From contig NC_085842.1 of assembly GCF_035594765.1 (NCBI RefSeq), forward strand, positions 294,361,749-294,425,748: a stretch of DNA of 64,000 nucleotides, in the 5' to 3' direction. Positions within the stretch are counted from its first letter, which is position 1, and every line of letters starts with the position of its first letter. This DNA comes from Anolis carolinensis (taxonomy: Eukaryota). The position numbers and the translations under genes are program-made. Under the pieces are notes generated by a model. That model saw nothing but the letters and a program-made list of their open reading frames with translations, did not search any database and was not told the origin of the DNA. Positions 11,034 to 19,682 of the stretch are shown piece after piece.

Positions 11034-14000
11034 CTATCCCCCCTCACAAAGGCCTCATCCTCCGAAGGTGGAGTCACAGCAGAGACCTCCGCGGCCACAG
11101 TAGCTCGTTGCCCAGAAGTGTCCAATTTGAACAAAGAACGATGGAATACAGGATGAACCTTAAGAGAGGACGGCAAACGTAATCTAAACGCCACAGAAGA
11201 GATCTTCTTAACAATAGGGAATGGCCCCAAATACCGTGGTGCAAACTTTCCCCCAGAATGTTTGATATACTTAGAGGATAACCAAACCAAATCCCCCTCT
11301 TCTAACTCCTCCCCTGCCTGCCGATGTCTATCTGCTTGAGTTTTCTGAGCTGCCTTGGCTTCTAACAACAACTTACGAGCGATATCATGTAAGGCAGCCA
11401 TTTCAGATGAGCGATATACAGGGTCAGAGGAAACCACATTGGTCGACAGTGCCACTCCCCCCCGCGGATGGAAACCATAAGTCAACTCAAATGGCGTGTG
11501 TCGACTGGACGTATGCGTAGCGTTATTATAAGCAAACTCGGCTACCGACAACCACTTCACCCAATCACCAGGTTGTTCTAGGCAAAAGCAGCGCAAATAC
11601 TGCTCCAACAGCCCATTAACTCTCTCAGATTGTCCATCCGTTTGCGGATGAAAAGCAGAGGACACATTCAACTTGGTTCCTAAACACTCATGGAAATGCT
11701 TCCAAAAACGAGATACGAACTGAGGAGCCCTATCAGATACAATAATCTCAGGAGCCCCATGCAAACGGAAAATATGCGTAGTAAAAAGTAAAGCCAACGT
11801 AGGAGCCGCCGGAACCGTTGAACATGGTATAAAATGAGCCATTTTAGAAAACAAATCCACCACCACCCAGATACACGTGTAACCCCCAGACCTAGGTAAA
11901 TCAGAAATGAAATCCATAGAAATAATCTGCCAGGGCCTTTCAGGAACAGGCAGGGAAGACAGTAATCCCCTAGGGCGCCCGACAGGCGTCTTGCTCTGTT
12001 GACATACTGCACAACTATCACAGTAACGAAGAATGTCCTGTCGCATTTTAGGCCACCAATAATTCCTGGTAATAAGTTGTACAGTCTTAAACCTGCCAAA
12101 ATGCCCAGCCATCGGCTCATCATGATGTGCCCTAATTACTTCCAACCGGAGTGAACCCGCCGGTACATAAACTTGCCCATTACGCACCAAAACCCCCTCT
12201 TGGTCCTGTAGATGTGGTAGCACAGTACGAGTCCCTACCGAAAGCAATATGAGTTGTTCTTGAGTCCAGTTATCATTCTTTTGAGCCTCTAGAATCTGAG
12301 TGTGTAGCCCAGACTCATTCTCTACCACACACAGAGAAGCAGTTGGTAATATTGTCTGACGCACTGTTTGCTTGCAGGTTTTAAACTCTGGCTTACGAGA
12401 CAAAGCATCCGCCCTTAAATTAACCTTCCCTTCCACAAACTGAACCTTAAAGTTGAACCTAGAGAAAAACAAGGCCCATCGAATCTGACGTTGATTCAAT
12501 TTCTTGGCAGTCTGTAAATGTTCTAAATTCTTGTGGTCAGATCTGACCACAATTTGATGACGTGCGCCTTCTAACCAGTGCCGCCACACCTCAAACGCCA
12601 CCTTTATTGCCAACAATTCCTTTTCCCAGATGGTATAATTTTGTTCAAAAGGTGTTAGTTGTCTGGAATAGAATCCACAGGGACGCAAGGTCCCTGATGA
12701 ATCCCTTTGAGATAACACAGCTCCCAACGCATAGCTAGAAGCATCTGCTTCTACTATGAATGGTTTATCAATGTCTGGATGTATTAGTATATTATCATCT
12801 TGAAAACTAGATTTCAACTGTTCAAACGCATCTTGAGCCTCCCTTCCCCACACACACGGTTGCTTCTTGCGTAATAGCTGTGTTAAAGGTACAGTAAGCT
12901 TAGCAAAGTTTGGAATAAATTCACGATAGTAATTAGCAAAACCCAAAAAACGCTGTACATCTTTTTTAGACTTAAGTTCCTGCCAGGAGTTGACAGCGTC
13001 AACTTTGTGCGGGTCCATTTTTAGTTCTTTTCCGGAAACTACATGTCCCAAGAATTCCCCCTCTGACACATGAAACACACATTTGGAGGCCTTAGCAAAG
13101 AGCCCATTTTCCCGTAAACGTTGCAACACCTGCCTCACATGTTGCTGATGTTCCTTCACATCTTTTGAAAAAATTAATATATCATCCAAATAAACCACCA
13201 AAAACTGATCAATCAAATCTCTAAACACATCATTTATGAACCTTTGGAAGACGGCGGGCGCATTACACAGTCCGAAAGGCATCACACGAAATTCGTGACA
13301 TCTGAAGCACGTATTGAATGCCGTCTTCCATTCGTCACCTTCCCGTATCCTAATCAAATTGTATGCCCCCCGTAGATCAAGTTTAGAAAAGATCTTAGCC
13401 CCTTGAACCCTTGAGAGAAGTTCCGAAATCAAAGGTAGCGGATACCTATCACGAATTGTATGCTTATTAAGAACCCGATAATCACATACTAGCCTAAGCT
13501 CCCCTGTCTTTTTAGCCACAAAAAACACAGGTGCAGCAGTTGGAGAGCTCGATGGACGGATAAACCCTTTGGCTAGATTTTCATCAAGGAATTCTCTCAA
13601 GGCTTGTCTCTCAGGTACCGTTAGAGCATACAACCTTCCTGCTGGTAATTTAGCGCCTTCCACCAGTCTAATTGCACAATCATATGATCTATGAGGCGGT
13701 AATTTATCTGCTTCCTTCTTACAGAAAACATCTTGAAATTCCCTGTATTCAATAGGCACACCCTCCATATCAAGCTGGGAAGAATTTAAAATAAAACATC
13801 CCTGCCTTTTAAAATCTATAGTACGCTTCACCCAATCCACTTGAGGATTCACCAACGTTAACCAATCCATACCCAGAATTACATTGTATCTTGGTAACCG
13901 TGTGATGTCCCATACAAATTCTCCAGTTATCCCTTGCACCTCCCATGTTATCCCTGAGGTTTCACGATTAACCACCCCAGATTCCAGTAATCTCCCATCC

Positions 14001-14239
14001 ACTCCTTCCACCCATATATCACACGCTTTGCGTTTTGTAGGGAGCCTATATTTTCTAGCAAACCCAACATCCACATACGAGACCGTAGCCCCTGAGTCCA
14101 GCAGTGCCAGAGTTGAAACAAGTTCCTTTCCCCCAACAGACAGAGAAATGGGTACAAAAACATGTTTCTTTCCCTCTAGTGACTGCCTTGTAAGCCCTAG
14201 TGCGTTGGACTCACATCGCACTAGGGCTGGCCTTTTCCC
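10604..14239 (-). CDS. pol: Pol polyprotein (protease, RT, RNase H, integrase, acidic tail), predicted as a Gag-Pol fusion by -1 frameshift
   Basis: LLDSGAT (PR), YLDD (RT), EADAS/EKELLA/SDHKNL/ADALSR (RNase H), HHCC zinc finger, D-D(35)-E (SMDF, SDRAP...QSE), GPF module; no stops over 1205 codons. The track's GTG start is not a real initiator. Confidence 0.95.
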   Translation of the reverse strand, partial: GKRPALVRCESNALGLTRQSLEGKKHVFVPISLSVGGKELVSTLALLDSGATVSYVDVGFARKYRLPTKRKACDIWVEGVDGRLLESGVVNRETSGITWEVQGITGEFVWDITRLPRYNVILGMDWLTLVNPQVDWVKRTIDFKRQGCFILNSSQLDMEGVPIEYREFQDVFCKKEADKLPPHRSYDCAIRLVEGAKLPAGRLYALTVPERQALREFLDENLAKGFIRPSSSPTAAPVFFVAKKTGELRLVCDYRVLNKHTIRDRYPLPLISELLSRVQGAKIFSKLDLRGAYNLIRIREGDEWKTAFNTCFRCHEFRVMPFGLCNAPAVFQRFINDVFRDLIDQFLVVYLDDILIFSKDVKEHQQHVRQVLQRLRENGLFAKASKCVFHVSEGEFLGHVVSGKELKMDPHKVDAVNSWQELKSKKDVQRFLGFANYYREFIPNFAKLTVPLTQLLRKKQPCVWGREAQDAFEQLKSSFQDDNILIHPDIDKPFIVEADASSYALGAVLSQRDSSGTLRPCGFYSRQLTPFEQNYTIWEKELLAIKVAFEVWRHWLEGARHQIVVRSDHKNLEHLQTAKKLNQRQIRWALFFSRFNFKVQFVEGKVNLRADALSRKPEFKTCKQTVRQTILPTASLCVVENESGLHTQILEAQKNDNWTQEQLILLSVGTRTVLPHLQDQEGVLVRNGQVYVPAGSLRLEVIRAHHDEPMAGHFGRFKTVQLITRNYWWPKMRQDILRYCDSCAVCQQSKTPVGRPRGLLSSLPVPERPWQIISMDFISDLPRSGGYTCIWVVVDLFSKMAHFIPCSTVPAAPTLALLFTTHIFRLHGAPEIIVSDRAPQFVSRFWKHFHECLGTKLNVSSAFHPQTDGQSERVNGLLEQYLRCFCLEQPGDWVKWLSVAEFAYNNATHTSSRHTPFELTYGFHPRGGVALSTNVVSSDPVYRSSEMAALHDIARKLLLEAKAAQKTQADRHRQAGEELEEGDLVWLSSKYIKHSGGKFAPRYLGPFPIVKKISSVAFRLRLPSSLKVHPVFHRSLFKLDTSGQRATVAAEVSAVTPPSEDEAFVRGDSVMVEPSGSGNERRGRKTPRESDTLEERERKQLQDLFAEPTDEDSFEGFSQGLEEEMASSEEDDMEWTRVREDLGVGETGNESMGGDWRVAGSDPWTGWRDGAGSTAGDAVGRSRRCLSSDEDDDVGASGIGMAADSDDELEL
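11034..11046 (-). promoter_or_regulatory. Polypurine tract (plus-strand primer)
   Basis: G-rich purine run (GAG...GATAG) immediately abutting the TG of the 3' LTR. Confidence 0.85.
14193..14239 (-). promoter_or_regulatory. -1 programmed ribosomal frameshift signal
   Basis: Slippery G GGA AAA (14233-14239) in the gag frame, 4-nt spacer, perfect 12-bp stem AGCCCUAGUGCG/CGCACUAGGGCU with a 12-nt loop; pol lies in the -1 frame. Confidence 0.85.
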
Positions 14240-15021
14240 GAAAACTGAGAAGGCTTGATGTTACAGTTCCTAGCAAAGTGCCCAGCAGTCCCACAATACA
14301 GGCATAATCCTAATTGCCTTCTACGATCTTTTTCCGCCGTCAACAACTTTCTAAACACCCCGAGCTCCATAGGCTCCTCCCCCTTAGCCACAGGTGCCCT
14401 AGATACAGATACAGGTGGCGCATACATAGCCCGAGATTGTTTACGAGAGTCTAACCGGGCGTCCAAACGCAAAACCTTAGCCACCAAAGCGTCCCAATTA
14501 TCTGCTGGCTCTAACCGCGCCAGTTCATCTTGAAGATGGTCACTTAAACCATCTATAAACAAAAGCATAAATGCGTTCTCCCCCCAGTCCAGTTGATGGC
14601 GAAGAGAATTAAACTTATTCAAATAGTCCAAAACAGACCCTTTTCCCTGTTTTAACCGGTAAAGAGCCCAGCTAGCATTTTCCTTACGGAGGGGATCCCC
14701 AAAAGTGTCCGATAATAATCTTTTGAAATTAACCAAATTGTCCTTGACTGGGTCATTACCCAAAATTAAATTAGTTGCCCACTGTCCCGCTGAACCGGTC
14801 AATAAACTCAAAATAAATGCCACCTTGCTGGTGTCCGTAGGAAAAGCTTGTGGGCTAATCTGAGAAAAGTAAAGTTCAATTTGAGCCAAAAAAGTAGGCA
14901 ACTTGTCCCGGGACCCATCAAAACGTTCAGGAGTCATTACATGTCCCTTAGCTGGCTGTGCTGCTTGTGCAGCATTAAAAGCAGCCTGCAGCTGATCCAA
15001 ACGAGTCTTGAGTTCCTCCAT
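14221..15021 (-). CDS. gag: Gag (Ty3/sushi/PEG10-like capsid plus CCHC nucleocapsid), 266 aa
   Basis: PERFDG...F, LKQG..SV.DY...F (major homology region-like), EEPMELG, zinc knuckle CLYCGTAGHFARNC (CX2CX4HX4C); ATG in good context (acgATGG). Confidence 0.95.
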   Translation of the reverse strand: MEELKTRLDQLQAAFNAAQAAQPAKGHVMTPERFDGSRDKLPTFLAQIELYFSQISPQAFPTDTSKVAFILSLLTGSAGQWATNLILGNDPVKDNLVNFKRLLSDTFGDPLRKENASWALYRLKQGKGSVLDYLNKFNSLRHQLDWGENAFMLLFIDGLSDHLQDELARLEPADNWDALVAKVLRLDARLDSRKQSRAMYAPPVSVSRAPVAKGEEPMELGVFRKLLTAEKDRRRQLGLCLYCGTAGHFARNCNIKPSQFSGKGQP

Positions 15022-15065
15022 CGTCTTCTTGACGTTGGTACCTCACTGAAAAACTGTTTTTTAGG

Positions 15066-15076
15066 GCGTTGGGCAA
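15066..15076 (-). promoter_or_regulatory. Self-priming primer-binding site (non-tRNA)
   Basis: TTGCCCAACGC, 2 nt after the 5' LTR, has no TGG start and is the exact reverse complement of GCGTTGGGCAA at 15800-15810, the predicted transcript 5' end. Confidence 0.8.
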
Positions 15077-15078
15077 TC

Positions 15079-16238
15079 TGTCATAGACAGAACGCCAGCA
15101 AGTAAAACAAAACTCAGTTTATTGAGGTTACAGAACTAAAAACGCCCGTAAGGAACAAAGAACAGGGCAAACACTTGACTTCAGTGTGCTAAATAACCAA
15201 AAAGCAGCTCAGTTTGAGCTTAAACAGTTCAAAGGGAAAAACCGGGTTAAACAGGAGTATAATCCGGATTAAATCAAAGTGCTTACTTCAGCCTGGCAAA
15301 CAATGCAAACAAAAGAGAATCAACAGGAGTTGGAATGTAAACAAAAGACTGGCGGCAGATTCCTCTCTGCTACTCAGGAACAGCAGGGGAGTAAACCAGG
15401 CTTGTTTACTCCTTCCTGCAGCGAACGAGAGCGTGGTTGTAGTCAAGATTCAGGTTTAGGGTAACGGCAGTCAGCAGGGTCCCAATCCGTTCCAGAAGAT
15501 CAAAAGCCAAGCGTAGTCGTCAAGGAATCCAAAGGTCACACCGATAGCCAGCAGAAGGGTTAATCCGGAATCGTAGTCAGTCAGTCCAGCGTCAATCCAG
15601 TGAAAGTAGATATTGCCCGTCAAAAAGACGACGGAGGTCCAAGCTATCAAGATTAAACACAAGTTGCACAGAGAAAAACCCCACACAGTTCCTCCCGCCG
15701 TCAATGCCCCGTCCTTGGTAAACTTACGTATCCAGTAATGAAACACACCCGTCTTCAGGAAATTCCCCAGCAAGAGCCCAAGCGTCCGTCCAGATTACCT
15801 TGCCCAACGCAATTAGACATTGGTCCCAAACCCCATTTTATCACAGTTCAAGCTCATCATCGCTGTCAGCTGCCATCCCAATTCCAGATGCCCCAACATC
15901 ATCATCCTCATCAGAGCTTAAGCACCTTCGACTACGCCCCACAGCATCCCCAGCTGTGGATCCCGCTCCATCCCTCCAACCAGTCCATGGGTCTGATCCT
16001 GCAACCCGCCAATCACCTCCCATGCTTTCATTGCCTGTTTCCCCAACACCCAAATCCTCCCTCACACGAGTCCATTCCATATCATCCTCCTCCGAGCTGG
16101 CCATCTCTTCCTCCAAACCCTGAGAAAAACCCTCAAATGAGTCCTCATCTGTCGGCTCTGCAAACAAATGTGTCTGACTCTCGAGGAGTCTTACGACCCC
16201 TTCTTTCATTACCGGAGCCCGAAGGCTCAACCATAACA
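15079..16238 (-). repeat. 5' LTR, 1160 bp
   Basis: By eye it differs from the 3' LTR by 4 substitutions and one 32-bp deletion (between 16169 and 16170). Confidence 0.95.
15800..15842 (-). promoter_or_regulatory. LTR core promoter: TATA-like box and predicted TSS at ~15810
   Basis: GATAAAA at 15836-15842, with 25 nt between it and the self-primer sequence; sense AUGs vanish downstream of this point. Confidence 0.65.
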
Positions 16239-17168
16239 AGACCCTTCAGCCCATCAAATAGTATATGGATGGTCTGGGAACCCAGCTGAATTTATCAGGT
16301 TGGCTATGGTGCTTCACCTGCTTTGTCCCACAACCTGCCTTATTCAACTTGCCTCCGCATAGTGTTTCTGAGGTATTGTCATGGTAGACAGGATAGCCTG
16401 CTTCCCTCGGGCACAATGTAAATGCCGAAATCTCTATCCAATCCATTAGACTGCATCCAGTTGGTGTTACTTCATTGACAAAACAGTACAAGGAGGGGAT
16501 GGTTTTTAACAGATCCAAAGGGGTGTGTGGGGATTGCCAAAGTTGCTCCTCATTCTACAGATAAACCAATGAACCAAACAGGATACCATCAGGGAATCTG
16601 ACACAATGCATTATTTTAACAGTATCTTTCAAAGCCTGTCTTGTGCCTGTACACTAATTAAAATGCTTTTTCAAATTAATACGCCTAATAATTGATCAGA
16701 AACCTTAACAAATGAAAAGCTTCAGAATATGTGAGGACATTTTATAATTATCAAAACAACACTTTCAATTTGAGAAATCAAATCCACTATCTTCCATCTG
16801 CAAGAGGAGACGGATAGTATGTTGAGGCAATAATGAGTTCCTAGCTACGTTAACATTTGAACAGGGAACGACATGGTAAATAATGAAGAGGCAAACTAGC
16901 ATTTCTGAACTAGTCACCAGTTCCGCATGCTGCTGTTAGGTTACTAATGTCTTCTTTAGAGAGAAAGATTTTGTTTATTGTCTTTTTTTTTTTTGGTGAC
17001 TCCAGGTGAAAAACTTAGTATGCTGTTGCCAAGTGCATGCAAGGTAACACAAAAATAAAACTAACATGACTAATTGATGTATACACAAACATTATTGAAT
17101 TGTTCTAAAATAGGTGTTGTTCATTTCCTCCATTTCACTTTATTGTCCAAAATGCCTCAATAAAGGAA

Positions 17169-17200
17169 GTGTGTGTGTGTGTGTGTGTATGTGTGTGTGT
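17169..17200. repeat. (GT)n microsatellite
   Basis: Directly visible. Confidence 0.9.
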
Positions 17201-19077
17201 AAGAGGTTGCCTAAAGAATGATAATTTTACAAGTGATACAATGCGGAAAAAACACACTGACCGTGGATAATCAAGTGACTGTTTGCCAAATGCAAGCTCA
17301 AAGAGAAACTAAATTCCCATATCAAAACGAAATTGAGATTGCAGGGTAATGAATCTCCATTATCAAAATGTAATAAACCTACTGTGCCTCTAATGCTAGT
17401 TGAAAACAATTCAACTGACTTCAATTAACTCTCTAATTTTTCTAGTGTACAAAGGTCAGGCCCAAAAGGAATACAGATATGTGCTGAAGCCCCTCCTCTT
17501 CAACATTAAGACTCCAGGGAAAAGATGACATTGACCAAATAGTTATAATAGCGGGGTAGTGCATACCCATAGTAACAAGCTCTCCAATCAAGTTTCACTA
17601 CATTTTCTCTCTGCAGTTACAAAAGTCTATTCCTAATGAGACTTCTCTTTTTACTGGAAAGGAGAAAAGACCTCCAGAGGCTAATGGGAAAAGTTTGCTT
17701 GTAGGTAGCCTTCCTCTGAATAAGCTTTCCTAAACAGGGATAGGATCTGGATTACAGAAATGCTTAATTAACTAATAATTCTTCTTGATCTATTGGTCCA
17801 GAATCCGAGATTGACCTCATCAATTAACATCCTTCAAATGCACATACCTCAAGTGTGCTCCAAGAAGCATACCCAATGTGAGGAATAAGGAAGGTTGAAA
17901 ACTGGCTACTTCAAAATGCATTACAGTCAATGTGATTGGAGGGGATCCCTCCATAATATACATTGTTCTCATTTAGTGGTGAACATGCTAGGGAACAGAC
18001 AATGGCTAGATAGTATTGCAATAAGGTGAGAGTATCCTCCAGTCAGTCATGACTATAGGCACTGTGAGAGACACCCATGCCAAAGAATTCCCCCAATGCT
18101 CTGACAATGAGTTGAGTTTCTTTTTAGTGAAAGAGTGGTGGTGGAGGAGAAACTGTTCTCCAAATACACTTTTCTCTGTGTATCAGATTTCTTCTCTTTT
18201 GGATTGAGTGTGGATCTGCATTTTGTTCAAAACATTTAACTTCTCTTTGAATTCCAAGACCCTATGGAGATACCAAACAGCTGCTCATTAGCTTCAATAT
18301 AAAGTGTGTGCCCTTGTGTAGATGCACAAATATATGAACTTCAGCTCTATGTTAATGCCATATGTGAACATGTGTAGACATACACGCAAAGGCATACCTA
18401 CGAGATCAATTTGCAACACATTCCCAAAATAATATCTAAGCTCCCATCTAGCTTCTAAAGACTCTATCTTTAAAGTAGAAGTTGGGAAATAACCATGCAT
18501 ACTGGGAGCTCCTTATTGAAACGGCTTTCACATAAAATACACTAATGGCTTTTTAAAATCAAGAGCCAGTGTGACAGTTTTGTGGGAACAACTAACTGGA
18601 GGGAAAGCAAAAACACTTCCATTTGCTACATGCCCTTCTTCATCATCATAGCAAATAGCATCACTTTGTCACAAGCCAATGGCATCTGAAATTCCTTCAC
18701 AGATATAGAAGTCTATAGATCCCAACAGATGTTAAAAAGCTGATGCTTTCAGAGAAAATGTACGACTTCCTTGTAAACGTTGTAAAGAGCTACTGGGAAT
18801 TATTTGAACTTCAGCTCTATGTGTATAGAGGTTAACAACTACTTTTAGGTATCTCTCGACAAAAATACTACAGGTTAAAAGCTCTATGAAAGTGGCTTTT
18901 AAAGGAGGAGGTTTTTAAGATCAGGTCAGGGGTGCTGTAGTTTTTACTCAGTTTTAAGGATTTTAATTGTTTTTAATACCATTAATATTAAATTCTATTT
19001 CAATGTTTGTATATTTTAGTTTTAAAATTGTATTGGATTGGTTTTATTGTAAGTTGCTTTGAGTATCTTTTATAGAT

Positions 19078-19207
19078 AGAGGTGTCAAACTTGTGGCCCT
19101 CTAAATGTTTAGGCCTCCAACTCCCAGAAGCTCAAGCCAGCTCATCCAAGAATTTCTGGGAGCTAAAGTCCAAAACATCTGGAGAGCCACAACTTTGACA
19201 CCACTGA
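19078..19207. mobile_element. Degraded hAT-type palindromic MITE
   Basis: GGTGTCAAACTTGTGGCCCTC ... GAGCCACAACTTTGACACC inverted ends with an ACTCCCAGAA/TTCTGGGAG core. Confidence 0.6.
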
Positions 19208-19545
19208 CCTAAATGCACCCAAGCTCATCTGATTCAGAAGCTGAGCAGGACTGAATCTGATTAGTAACAGTTGCTGAGGAAAACGCCTACTGCTCAACTT
19301 CCGAAAGGCCTCTGCTTGGCTGCTCTGAAAAAGCTTATGGTGAACAGGAGAAGCAATGCCTCTAATCTAGGATGGCTCTTCTTGTGTTGTACCCATATAA
19401 AAACATTGGAAGGTAGCTTCTATCTTCTATCTTCCAGAGCTAATCTTATGATATAGTGATGAACATATCAGAGAAGACTTTTTTAAAATAAAAAAGATAT
19501 AAGAGTGCAACATCCCTTTATTTGAGATAGCTAGAAAGCAGAAGG

Positions 19546-19682
19546 AAGGCATCCTCAAACTGCGGCTCTCCAGCTGCTTGGACCTCCAACTCCCAGCATT
19601 CCTGACTACTACGAACAAGCTGGTTAGGGTTTCTGGGAGTTGGAGACCCAAGCAGTGGGAAGACTGCAGTTTGGGGTGCATG
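19546..19682. mobile_element. Degraded hAT-type palindromic MITE
   Basis: GCATCCTCAAACTGCGG ... CTGCAGTTTGGGGTGC inverted ends. Confidence 0.55.

Larger units (their letters stand above)
9842..16238 (-). mobile_element. Full-length Ty3/Gypsy (Metaviridae, Tf1/sushi-like) LTR retrotransposon, 6397 bp
   Basis: Two near-identical LTRs with TG...CA ends; perfect 5-bp TSD AGACC (9837-9841 and 16239-16243); open gag and pol with PR-RT-RH-IN order; PPT present. Confidence 0.97.

Noticed and set aside
14219-14221. GTG start of pol given by the ORF track
   Set aside because: Better explained by the -1 frameshift from gag at 14233-14239.
16246-16518. 90-aa ORF adjacent to the 5' LTR
   Set aside because: Outside the TSD-defined element, non-ATG start, no motif or convincing splice context.
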